From assembly GCA_013239625.1 (NCBI GenBank), contig MU056116.1, positions 1-64,000 of the forward strand: 64,000 bases of DNA, written 5' to 3'. The notes below the pieces were generated by a model. That model had not been told where the DNA came from and searched no databases. It saw only the letters and a list, made by a program, of their open reading frames with translations. The number at the start of each line of letters is the position of its first letter. The stretch's first letter is position 1. Source of the DNA: Lama guanicoe (Eukaryota). The translations under genes were made by a program, and so were the position numbers. Shown here in pieces: positions 1-11,420 of this stretch.

Positions 1-52
1 AAAACTCATAAAGCAAAGTAAAATACACAGAAATAAATCAGCAAATCTACCT

Positions 53-363
53 AACAGGAGGAAGAGCACCTCAGATGAATCGTTTTCCACAGACGGGGGG
101 TTGAATTTGGCATTAACGTTCCTGGATACAAAGGCAGAAAGGAAACACAGCTTCTTCCCCTTTTCTTTCACATACCCAAGACAAACTAGCACGGTTTCCA
201 TTTTGCCAACAGGAGGAAGAGCACCTCAGATGAATCGTTTTCCACAGACGGGGTGTTGAATTTGGCATTAACGTTCCTGGATACAAAGGCAGAAAGGAAA
301 CACAGCTTCTTCCCCTTTTCTTTCACATACCCAAGACAAACTAGCATGGTTTCCATTTTGCCA
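53..363. repeat. Two-copy tandem duplication, period 155 bp
   Basis: 53-207 is repeated from 208 (aacaggaggaagagcacc...ccattttgcca) with only two visible mismatches (gggggg/ggggtg and cacgg/catgg). Confidence 0.95.
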
Positions 364-789
364 CGGAATAACAGCTTACCTGACATGCGTTCTTAAGTAA
401 AGAATTCGGCATTTGTCCCTTGGCTTGTTCACCTGTTTGCAGAAGCAGGGTGGTAATGGGTGGCGCCCCCTCCCCAGGGAAGGCAGCATGGACAGTAACG
501 AGCATTTAGGAGGCGCCACCCGCCCGGCGCTGCGCAGACAAGCCCTCAGCGAGGCGGGGGGAAGTGGGGAAATTTGGCTTCATGGTACTGATGATTTTAG
601 CAGCTCAGGTTGTTTGCGTCTTTCCAGAGTCTCCTGCAGAAGTCACCCCTCATCTAACGTCAGTTCATCGTGAACTCGGCTCCCTCTGCGTGCCTTGTCT
701 CTCGGCTTTGCCTCCTGTCATGGTGGGTGACCCCTCACCAGTGCCCCGTCTCCTCCTCTGCTGCCCGAGTGCACCCAGCACGTGCCAGT

Positions 790-3380
790 CATGGCACTGG
801 AAGCCCGTGTTGGGGGTCTCAAGGGTCATCATGGAAATTCCATGAGGAGGTAATTGAACAGCCATGTTACTGACGAGGAGCTGATAGCTAGCCACTCCCT
901 GACTTCCTTTCGTCTCTGTCTCTTCCGAGGTCACCAGTGACTACGAGGCGTCATGGGAAAAGTGGCAAACTGATCAGTTAGTTTTTTTTTTTTTTGGTGA
1001 GGATGAATGTAAGACCATACTTTGAAAACATAGGAAAGACATAAAAGAATACAGATAGTTATGCAAATACCTGTGATCGCACCAGAGGTGTAGCAGCCCT
1101 GGAGGTGAGCAGCTTTCATCTTCCTTCAAGGAAAAACCTTGTCACCCAGCTGTAAGAAGCGCAGCTGGCCACCGGCCCCCAGTGGCTGAGTGCCTCCGGA
1201 CCTGCCCCCGCCTTAGGGAAGAGGCCGCTTTCTCCCCGACGGCCCCTCGGCAGTGAGAGCGTCACAGAGCACCAGCACCCGCTCATTCCTGCCCAGGGGC
1301 GGACTCTTCTGATGAGCAGTTCTCACTCCAGGGCTCCCTGCTGGGTTGTCAGAGGCCCATGGTCCACGGGGAGGCCTGGGGACACGCTGCTCCCCAAGGC
1401 CATCAGGGATGTGCTGGGGGCAGTGGCATCAGCGTCACTAAGAAATTCAGAGGAGACTTCCCACTCTGCTCCACGAGCGTGTCCTCTCTCCCGGGTCTTC
1501 AGAGCCCTTGTGCTGCCGTCCGCCATGACAATTGAGGCGTGTCCACTCCGTTCCATGTGGCCTTTGGTTTCTCCGTGGAGCTGCCCTCGGCCGGGGCTGA
1601 GAGTAGGAGAGGCTGTCCCAGAACCTGGCCCATTGGCAGTGATCTTTATGGACTTTGGAGGCCCTAAAGCGATAGAGACGATGGGCCAGCACCAACCATC
1701 AGAAGCCCGATGTTCACAATGATCAAATCATCCAGCAGAGCTGGAGGGGCGGCGAGGGGCATGACCTGCAAAGAACCGTAAAGACATTTAATGAAACATG
1801 GTGTCCCGGGGTAAACGGGCGGGCCTCCAGCAGTGGTGTGTTTCATATTTAAAATCGAAAGGAAGCAAGAGCAAATAAGCAGGAGGCTGAGGACCGTCAT
1901 TCCAAGAAAGCTCACCAACTCCCGACCAGGTTTTGGACCCGAGCAAGGGTTCAGACTCGGAACCCACTGACCGAGGAGCTCCATAGGTTCCCGTACTAAG
2001 GACCCCCAACGTTATCACAGCCAAACATGCTAACAGTTGCCCAAGGCTTTCCCCAAAAGGACTACGGCCATTTACTCAAGTGCCTAGATATGTGGAAAGG
2101 AGAAGATGAGGATTTTCTGAGTGCTGGTAGCAAAAGAGTCTGCAATGACACTGTTACTCAGAGTCCCAGTGTCATCATGGTCCCCTGTTGGAGTGAGGGC
2201 ATTCGGGGACCAGGTGATAAGTGGCATCTTGGCCTTAGAGTGTGTCAGGTAGTTTGGTGACTCCATCTGGAGGTCATTGCCTTCATTCCCCACCCTATAA
2301 TCGGACTGACATATTTCGTAGTTGGAAAAACCACCATGTTGGGTCGGTGGCTCATGGGGTGAGAGCTACCATGGGGCATGTGGTTAAGTAGAAGCCCCTG
2401 AACTCCTGCTGCCCCACCCAAGGGAGAGAACAGAGTAATAATATCACAGCCCGTGAGGGGCGGATGCGAGGGGACATCAGTGCATCATCAAAGACCTGTA
2501 ATGTGGGGGCGGGGGTCCCAGTCGTAATTTGCCAGTCTAGCACCTGCAGAAACGAGGTGGCTCTGGAGAGTAACTAGACGGCTGCACCTTCAACCAACCA
2601 AGGAGCAGCCCCATTGCAGCTGCTGTTGGACGTGGCGTTGTTGCCAGAGCCGCTCAGGACAGCCTCGGTGTGCGCTGGACGCACGTTGCCTTGAGGACTG
2701 TGTTCCTTTCTATCTCAGTCGGGAGAGAGAAGCGGAAACCACTCACACTCACCCATGACGGACAGCAGCAGGTGTCTACACCGTCTCCCACGAGCTGTCT
2801 TAACTCTCCTGGCCTCTATCATGATGTGGGTCAGAGAGAGCTTTGGGCCCATCTGGGCGTCCTGCAGAAGATCACACGCGTCCACTACATGGATGACATG
2901 TGGTGACAGGCGAGAGATGGCCGGTAGGCTGGAGGCCTCGGTGAGTGAGACAGTGTGCCGCAGCGGGTGGCAGGGAAACAGTGGGAAGGCTCAGGGACCT
3001 GCGACTTCTGTACTGGTTTTAGGGGCTCAGTTCCTGGAGGCACACCCAGAATTGTCTTCAAAATAGAGGCAAATGGCTCCATCCCATATCCTTTGCCAGA
3101 GAGAAAGAACAACCCCTGGTGAGTTCTTCCAGTGTCGGAGGTGACGCGCCAGGCTCCGTGACCACACCTGAAGACAGCGCTTCGGTCTGGGTCCTGAGTG
3201 GCATGGAAGCTGCCCTTTGAGGTCCTCAGAGCAGTGAAGGGGCCCCCCACCCCGCACTATGTTCTTTATCTCCACCACCTGGGTGTCTGGGCCGCAAGCA
3301 TGGAATCCCACACAATGTAGCTTCACCCACAGAGTCAAAGGAAGGGTGGGAGGGAGCCCACAAGCATATCTTTCTCCCCC
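790..3380 (+). mobile_element. Degenerate ERVL (class III endogenous retrovirus) internal region: gag, protease, RT, part of integrase
   Basis: Broken frames give ERVL-like peptides: PGLRVGEAVPEPG (gag-like), DIFRSWKNHHVGSVAHGVRATM (protease end), PIAAAV, CLNSPGLYHDVGQREL...ITRVHYMDDM (RT, YMDD at 2886-2897), GWQGNSGKAQGPATSVLVLGAQF, and HGIPHNVAS (integrase, about 3300-3325). Many stops and frameshifts. Confidence 0.88.
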
Positions 3381-3384
3381 TGTA

Positions 3385-3700
3385 CTTCTTTTTGTTAAAC
3401 TGAAGTCTCATTGACATATGACATCATACTGGTTGCAAGTGTACATTACAGGGATTGGATCATTTATGTACATTTTGTGATGGTCACCACGAGTCTGGTC
3501 ACCATCGGTCACCATACAAGGTGATTACATAGCGACTGTCCTCCCACTACATCCCGAGACTTACTTAATTTATAACTAGAAGCGTATACCCCTGAATCCC
3601 CTTCACCTATTTCACTCACGCCCCCACGCTTTCCCTTCTGGCGACCACCGGTTTACTCTCTGTGTCTGTGAGTCTGTTTCTGGTTTTGTTTTGTTCTGTT
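3385..3700 (-). mobile_element. L1 3' UTR fragment interrupting the ERVL integrase
   Basis: T-rich start and tctggcgaccaccggtttactctctgtgtctgtgagtctgtttc, a typical antisense L1 3' end. Confidence 0.85.
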
Positions 3701-3704
3701 TTGA

Positions 3705-4135
3705 ATGCAGTGGTCTGCAGGGCACACCTGAGATGCCAGCTCAGAGGTGACACTGAGGATGGGCCCATCCTCCAAGGTGCAGTAGGTACCCTGAATCGGA
3801 CTGTGCCTCTGTAGTGAGAAGACTGCGCCCTGGAGCCCAGGGTGAAGCAGGAGTGCCCTCCCTTACCCTGATTCCCAGTGACCCCCTGGGGACTGGGTGG
3901 TTCCTGTCCTGCACCTCTGGGCTCCAGAGGGTAAGATGCTGTGGCCCCTAGATGGGGCTTGCTCTTGCCAGGGGTCACACAAGAGCCCCGCTGGGCTACA
4001 AGCCTGCCTACTGCTCTGAACTCCTTGTGCCCAGAGGTGAGCCAGCCAGAGGACTCTTTATCCTGGCAGGAGTGATGGACCCTGACGCACCAGGGAGGCG
4101 GGCTGCTGACACGGCAGGGCAGGGAGGGGCACCTG
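3705..4135 (+). mobile_element. ERVL integrase C-terminus and dUTPase remnant, continuing the provirus
   Basis: HLRCQLRGDT, PILQGAVGTLN, LTLIPSDPLG and LLVPRGEPARGLFILAGVMDPD resemble ERVL IN/dUTPase (GLLVP...GVTILAGVIDPD). Confidence 0.85.
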
Positions 4136-4530
4136 GACATCTGTTGATGTTTCTTTGAAGGAAAAAAAAATCTTACCTTTCACCGAAGTAACTTCTGAAT
4201 AAATTAAAGAGTCAAAGAAATCAAATATAAGAAAGCTGTAAGAAATTAAAATTGGCCACTGCAGAGGAGGAATGACTTTCTAAACTTAAAAGTGATTAAG
4301 AAACCCACATATTTGCATAAATAAAAGTGGAAAATTGTGACTTAAAAAAAAGCAAAAATTGAAGTTAAACAATAGGCTGGGGCAGAATAGTTCTGGCAGA
4401 TACTGAACGTTTGTTTTCTGATGTTGGAGCTGTGGGTAATGTTCTTGAGTTTCCATGTTTTCTCTAGTGTTGTTATGTAACTCTTCCAAGAAGTATGTAT
4501 ACATGTATATTCATTTAAAAATATCTTGTA

Positions 4531-5108
4531 TTTTTATTTTTATTTATTTATGTTTTTTAACATTTTTATTGATTTATAATCATTTTACAATGTTGTGTCA
4601 AATTCCAGTGTTCAGCACAATTTTTCAGTCATTCATGGACATATACACACTCATTGTCACATTTTTTTCTCTGTGAGTTATCATAACATTTTGTGTATAT
4701 TTCCCTGTGCTATATAGTGTAATCTTGTTTATCTATTCTACAATTTTGAAATCCCAGTCTATCCCTTCCCACCCTCCACCCCCCTGGTAACCATTTCTTT
4801 CTCTTTCTGGCTTACTTCACTTAGAATGNNNNNNNNNNNNNNNNNNNNNNNNNNNNNNNNNNNNNNNNNNNNNNNNNNNNNNNNNNNNNNNNNNNNNNNN
4901 NNNNNNNNNNNNNNNNNNNNNNNNNNNNNNNNNNNNNNNNNNNNNNNNNNNNNNNNNNNNNNNNNNNNNNNNNNNNNNNNNNNNNNNNNNNNNNNNNNNN
5001 NNNNNNNNNNNNNNNNNTCCTGAAGTAGGGTTCCTTCTGGATACAAACCCAGGAGTGGGATTCCTGGGTCATATGGTAAGTCTATTCCTAGTCTTTTGAG
5101 GAATCTCA
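4531..5108 (-). mobile_element. Antisense L1 3' end (4531-4792) joined to an antisense L1 ORF2-end segment (4793-5108, gap 4829-5017)
   Basis: Poly-T tail and L1 3' UTR, then ILSEVSQKEKE and YDPGIPLLG-like peptides on the minus strand. Confidence 0.9.
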
Positions 5109-5392
5109 GACAAAAAAATACAAAACAGAAACAGACTCAGACATAGAATACAAACTTGTGGTTGCCAGGGGGACGGGGGGTGGGAAGGGACTGGGATTTC
5201 AAAATGTAGAATAGATAAACAAGATTGTACTGTGTAGCACAGGAAAATATATACAGGATATTGTGGTGGCTCACAGCGAAAGAGAATGTGACAATGAATG
5301 TATGTATGTTCATGTATAACTGAAAAATTGTGTTTTACACTGGAATTTGACACAACATTGTAAAATGACTATAACTCAATAAAAAATGTTAA
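5109..5392 (+). mobile_element. Young L1 3' end
   Basis: acaaaacagaaacagactcagacatagaatacaaacttgtggttgccagg...aataaaaaatgttaaaaaaa; copies of aaaaatatcttgta at 4517-4530 and 5393-5406 form a TSD. Confidence 0.92.
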
Positions 5393-5396
5393 AAAA

Positions 5397-5530
5397 ATAT
5401 CTTGTAATAAACTTTAATGAAAAAGAATATGAAAACGAATATATGTATGCATACACATGACTGGGACATCGCGTGGCACTCCAGAAACTGATACATTGTA
5501 ACTGACCCTACCTCAGTTAAATAAAAAAAG
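5397..5530 (+). mobile_element. Short older L1 3' terminus
   Basis: atatcttgtaataaactttaatgaaaaagaatatg...cctcagttaaataaaaaaag. Confidence 0.8.
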
Positions 5531-6859
5531 AAGAAGAAGAAAACCACAGCATTTTTTCTTTTTCTGAAATAAATAAAATGGTAAAACTGGCAGTTTAAGG
5601 GAGTATTTAAGTTAAAATAAACCTTCAGAACATTAAATTCTAAAAATCTATTTGGACACTGCCTGGAAAGTATATTAATACTGAATTAAATCACAGATTT
5701 TAAGTTTTGAATACTTTACTTTCGGTGGTCCAGAAGCAAAGAACTTCTGTCACACACACACCATGTATTTTTCCCTTCCCTGCTGAGAAGCACTGAAGAA
5801 AACTCTGCATGGAGAAGCAGGCACACAGACATTTCAAAAAACTAAACACGGGGTTGGAATCTTCACAGCCCTTCAGCTAAACCAATGGCAACCAGTGACC
5901 AGACAAGAAAGTGGGAATTTTGATTTGACAATCCAACTGGAATAAAGCTCCCATCTTTCCTTGCAGGGACAGCAAGGCTGGTTTTGAGACACAAAAGTGT
6001 CGAGTGGAAACCCACCATTTCCATTTCTCTTTGCTGCAAATCTGTTTTCCCAGTTGTGACGACTGAGTAAGTCATTCTGCAAGGGTGGCTCATTAATTGA
6101 ATTCCCCACCAGGCTGACTTCAGGAACCGGGAAGCCCAGAGCTGGGATTAGCAGCGGGAGTGCTCACGGTTTACGTGATTAAAATGATGGAGTCAGATCT
6201 GGAAGAATGTCATTACTCTCTTGAGAGTCGCTCGGAGGCAGGGAGGCTCCCCATACGGTGCCCACCCTAGGCCTGTCTCATTTGAACAGTATTTCATTTG
6301 AACAGTGACAAGGAACATCCGATGTAATAAACATGCTGCAATTCCCAGGAGACCCTCTGTACGCAGGGACTCAAAGCCTGTGATTTGAGCATTGTGATCG
6401 TATGCTCTTTGAAGCGGCAGGGCAGTTGGTGCTAACGAATCCTAGTGGCTGTCTCCAAGGAGGGGGATCGTCTGGGGACTGCTTAAGCACCGGAGACCCA
6501 CCAGTGTGCAGAAGAGCTCCCTCCTCCACGTCAGGCTGTCCTTTAAGGCAGCAAAGCAAACCTACTGGTCTGGTAGTTCCTGGCTAAGCACACGCTCAGA
6601 CGGGCACTGGGTACCATCCTAAACGATGTGACCAGTGACGGTGAGGCTGAAGGGCACGGACGGTCCAGGGAACAGATTAGGCTCTTGTTCTCTGATCAGC
6701 CATCAGGTCTGAGCTCTGTTCCAATTTGGGTCTTCACAAAGGACGAGCCCTCTGGGTCTGGTAGCTGCTCTATAGGTCAGCTTCTCCCTCACCAGGGTAA
6801 CCAGCGTTCCTGTGCCGTCACTACAACGACAAATGGTTATCAAGTCACTGCTAAATAAG

Positions 6860-9380
6860 TATTTTTAGGGTGGTCTCCAAATGATGATTTTTCTAATTTG
6901 ATGATTACTTTTATATGTATTAGTTGGCATTTTACTGTAAGGAGATTTTTTTCTTCCCCCTCTGTTTGTCGGTGTCTGTCAGTATTCTACTATTATTTGT
7001 TTTGGTGCTCAGATGGTCCAGATTTGGCTAGCAGCAGTGCCTTTAAGATGGTCCCATGTTCTCTGGCGTTTTCTCATCCTTCGTAAAGCAGTCCTCCTCT
7101 TCAGACACAGCAAGATGTTCTGGGTTGTTTTATAAGATCTTTTCCATCTTCAGACCTGAAAGCAGCCATATGTCCAAGAAGTCCTGATTCTTTTTATTGG
7201 AAATGGTTTTTAGAAACCAAGATCTGGGTAACAGGTTTGCTCATTACCACTTGGTATCATTTCTTCTAGGCCTTCTTTGGCAGATAGAGCAAAAGAAAGA
7301 TGNNNNNNNNNNNNNNNNNNNNNNNNNNNNNNNNNNNNNNNNNNNNNNNNNNNNNNNNNNNNNNNNNNNNNNNNNNNNNNNNNNNNNNNNNNNNNNNNNN
7401 NNNNNNNNNNNNNNNNNNNNNNNNNNNNNNNNNNNNNNNNNNNNNNNNNNNNNNNNNNNNNNNNNNNNNNNNNNNNNNNNNNNNNNNNNNNNNNGATACC
7501 TCCACTACATCTCTTCAGGGTTTACTCTAACTTGCTGTCTTTCCATATTTCAAATTTCCATCTCAGATATGAGAAATCTGTCTCCCATGATCCACAATAT
7601 ATTTATGTATTTCTTTGATGCTAGAATATATAGCTCCAGAAGTGCTAACCCCTACTACTGAGAAAAACAGAGCTTGCAGCTAGAGTTCACTGTTTGTTGG
7701 CTCTTCTTTCTGTCCCTGACCTAAGAATAGGGAGTCAAAACATCACATTGAAATGTTATTTGAGTTTGTCCTCCCTCCTCATTCTTCGGTGTGGCTGTGT
7801 TGTTCCCTTGAATTCACATACTAGTGAAGTCCATTTGTTAGTTAAGTTCTGCCTGTATGACACTGTTACTTCTATTGTTCTCATTCTGATTGACTTTAAG
7901 TATATGAAGCATTAACATGGTCCCAAAAGTCAGAACTAACTCATAGGCATACTACCTTCCCCGATCTTTTCACTCCATTCTCTGGAGGTAACTAATGCCA
8001 TTACTTTCTGTTTTTTCCTTCCTGTGTCTCTTTCTGCACAAATGAGCAGATACGTGTCCATTTTCTTAATCTTCCTTTCTCCCTACACAGATGCCTTTAT
8101 CCTCTTGTGCTTTGCCTTTTCTTTCTTCAGCTTAATGTCTCCTGGACATCCCTCTGTATCATTTGGTGGAGAGCTTTGTCATTCTTTTGTTCAGCTGTGT
8201 AGTACTCCATGGTGTGGATGTACCATAGTTTATTCATCCACTCTCTTAGGCATGGGTGTCTAGATTGTTTCCAAGTACAAACAGCGCTGCAGTGAATAAC
8301 CTTGTAATGTCAGATTGCTAGACGTAAGCTGCTCTGTTAGATACAGCCAAATGCCCCTCCGTAAGGATTGTATTCATATGCATTCTTACCAGCAACATAG
8401 GAGGGAGCCTGTTTCCTTATAGTTTTGCCAATTGAATGTGTTGTTACACTTTGAATTTTTGTCAATCTGGTAGGTGAGAAATGACACCTCTGCCATTTTA
8501 ACTTGTATTTCTCTTGTGAGTGAGAGTGAAACCATTTTCATTTGTGCTGACCATTTTTCTATCTTTGGGTAAATTGTCTGCTCATGTCTTTTGCCTATTT
8601 TTCTATCAAGTTTTTGGTGACTTTTCTCTCAATTTTAAACAATGCTTTACATTAGAGCTGCTCGCCTTTGCCCCAATGCATGCTGTGAGCACACTGCCAA
8701 ATGTCATTTGTCTTTTAGTTTTATTTTCATGATGTTTTTCTGTACAAAAGTTTTCTTTTTTTTTTTAATTTATGGAGTCAAATTTATCACTCTTTACTTT
8801 GATTGCTTTTCCATTTTGTGTCATAGCTACAAAGCCCTTTTTCCCACTAGGAGTAAAGAGAATTCATTAGTTTTGACATGGTATGTACATGGCTTCATGT
8901 TTTTACGTTTAAACGCGTTTAGAATCTACTCTTGCATATGGCGTGAGATGTGGGTCTGATTTTATCTTTTCCCGATAGCTACCTGGTTGTCACAGCACCG
9001 TTTATTACAAAATCCATCTTTGCTCTGGTGATTTGAGATGCTAGCTTCACCATATGCTAGATTCCCAGTGTACTTAAGCCTGTTTCAGGCATTTCCCCTG
9101 TTCCACCCGCCTCCCCACTCGTGACCTGATGCTGCAGCGCTCGCCCACAAAGGCCCCAGAGGGCGTTCTCACCTCTGGGGGGCCAGACCCTGGCTTAGAG
9201 GTTTTTCGCTCCTTTATGTTTTCCTAGCTGTCTGTGCACATTTAATTTTCCCCATAAACATCAATGTCAACCTTCGCAGCTTCATAAAACTACTTGATGT
9301 TTTTAATGGAATCTTGATCAACGTATAAATTAACATTGGGGAGAACGGAGATCATGATGATATTGAAGCATTCTATTCAA
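6860..9380 (-). mobile_element. Old L1 (L1MC4/5-like) 3' UTR and ORF2 remnant, gap at 7303-7494
   Basis: cagccatatgtccaagaagtcctgattc...tagaaaccaagatctggg (L1MC 3' UTR motif) followed by T-rich antisense ORF2 motifs (gtagtactccatggtgtggatgtaccatagttta; cagcaccgtttatt). Confidence 0.8.
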
Positions 9381-9427
9381 ACACCCCCTTACAGCCTGCT
9401 TTCTCGGATGCTTTTGGTGTCATCATG

Positions 9428-9640
9428 TTAATTGGGTCCTTGGGAAGCAGACGCAGAAACAGAATTAGGAGCGGAAGGGGTTTGTTGGGCAGTAAGGTTT
9501 GTGAAAGTGACTAAAAAATCGTGGTGGGACGATACTGGATGCAGGGAATTGGGGGTGTTGATGAAATGAAGTTCATCACAGCAGAAGGCCAACGGCATAT
9601 TCCAAGCTGAAAAACCAGAGCTGAGTGGTCTATGGATAGT
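9428..9640 (-). mobile_element. ERVL LTR fragment (LTR16/LTR33-like)
   Basis: ttgggtccttgggaagcagacgcagaaacag resembles the antisense 3' end of old ERVL LTRs. Confidence 0.5.
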
Positions 9641-10190
9641 ACCCAGATATGGGATAGCCATCAGGAAAAGAGAACAGAAAGCTAAATGTGCTGCCTCTGG
9701 AGCGAGAGGTGGAGGGAAAGGAGTGGAGCAGTTGTTGCCTTTTGCCACAGTCTTTCTGAATTGTTCGACTTATTTAAACAAGGAACAGTTTCTATTTTGT
9801 TAAACAGCACATCAATTAAAAACATAAATTTCAAAACAACTGAATAATGGTCGTAGATCAACCCTTAGGGTGATGTCTAAAACTGCAGGAAAAAGCAACC
9901 CCTGAAAAAGGGCAAGTGAAGGAAACGGTTAATTTGGAAGTGGGTTTAAATGCCAAGAATGAAATTTATTCCATGCATCAGTGTTCTAAGTGAGAGGGAG
10001 ATCTGTCAGCCCGCGTCAGCTGGCTTCTTAATTACATCCTTGCCGGTCCAAGACCCACGGAGGCGTCAATCACCCTTATCCATGAAGTCATTCCCAGCAC
10101 AAAAAATCCATTCTTTAACGAGCATCTTTTATTTGTGAAGGCTCTGTTTAGAGTTGTCAGTGGACAAAACAACCAGTTAAAAGGGTAAAA

Positions 10191-10202
10191 CACACACACA
10201 TG

Positions 10203-10233
<31 letters not shown>
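10191..10233. repeat. (CA)n/(CG)n compound microsatellite
   Basis: cacacacacatgcacacacgcgcgcgcacacacacacacaca. Confidence 0.95.
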
Positions 10234-10234
<1 letters not shown>

Positions 10235-10748
10235 GAGTTGTCCAAACAGCTGTTTTGCTTATAATTATTTTCTTATTATTTGTTAAAGCCGATGGGTTAT
10301 TTTGATGTCAGGGAGCTGTGGTCTCAGAATCCCTAATGGCGTGAAGTCAAGCGGTGTCAGTGGAGCTGGGCAGCTGCGGCTGGTGCTGTGGGAATCACAG
10401 GGTCCCAGCTGGGGTGGCCACAATCAAGCAGGCTCAGGCGTAACGTGGGAGGACACTGTGCGGACCACAAGGGCCATTTAATAAGCATCCTCCTTCCCCG
10501 GAGTGTCAATCTCTCTACAATTTACTCCAGGAAGAATCGGCATCTGCAAGTTCAGCTGAGCAGAGGGTGCCGATTACCAGTCTACATATTCCGAGTATGT
10601 CCAACAGGGTCGTTTCAAGCGCCAGCATCCATCAATTTGCAGGAAGCTCCTGGAGTGCAGTTCGAAAAGGATTTGGCTGATTTCACGTTGCATGATGTCC
10701 CCTGGGTTTATCCATGTTGTCACAAATGCCAAGATATCCTTCTTTTTA

Positions 10749-11010
10749 TGTTTTTAATAAAGATGGTACAGATTTAGAGCGTGTAGCAGGATGATTTGGT
10801 ACCTGTACATGCAGTGAGACATTTACTAGGGTCAAGCTAATTACCAGATCAGCTCCTCACACTGGTGTGTGTCGTGAGGGCACCTGAAATCCACTCTCCT
10901 AGCAAATTTCCAGAATTCAGCACAGTGTTCCTCACCAGTCATCCTGCCGTACGTGGGAGCTCTGGATGCATTCGTCCTATGTAACTCCAACTTTGAACCC
11001 TTTGACCACG
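10749..11010 (-). mobile_element. L1MA-type 3' end with 16-bp TSD
   Basis: caagctaattacc...gaaatccactctcctagcaaatttccag...aactttgaaccctttgacca; flanks gatatccttcttttta (10733-10748) and gatttccttcttttta (11011-11026). Confidence 0.82.
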
Positions 11011-11324
11011 GATTTCCTTCTTTTTAAGACTGATTTTTAATATTCTATTATAGAAAGATTTTTAATATTAACAAAAGTCACAATCCAAAGGCTTGTGTCG
11101 GAGAAATCTTCATGGACTGAACACAGCTCTCTATTTAGAAGTGTTCCCTAATAACTACCTAACACAGAAAGTGCATGAGAATAAAAGGAGACCCTGGTGG
11201 AAACTGTCCTGGAAGATAACACGTCGTTCTCACGATCTGACAACAGAAAACAGAAACAATGAATCAAGCACTTGAATAATACAGTTAGCAAGCACACAGG
11301 TATATAATGAGTTTTAATGAGTTA

Positions 11325-11420
11325 ATTCTATCAAATGTTACTGAACAAGTGTTCAGTTTAAAAGTTCTAGAATTAGCAACAAATAAGACAAACACTTCTG
11401 GCCCTTAGGAGCTACCTTTG
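11325..11420 (-). mobile_element. L2 3' fragment
   Basis: caaatgttactgaac...aaataagacaaacacttctggcccttaggagct. Confidence 0.5.

Noticed and set aside
2670-2906. ORF ending in YMDD as a functional reverse transcriptase, retron or domesticated gene
   Set aside because: It is a 78-aa open stretch within a stop- and frameshift-riddled ERVL pol; a stop follows three codons after the motif.
6278-6306. Small direct repeats (tcatttgaacagt twice; similar ones near 27290-27325 and 52881-52916)
   Set aside because: Ordinary micro-duplications of 12-16 bp with no further structure.
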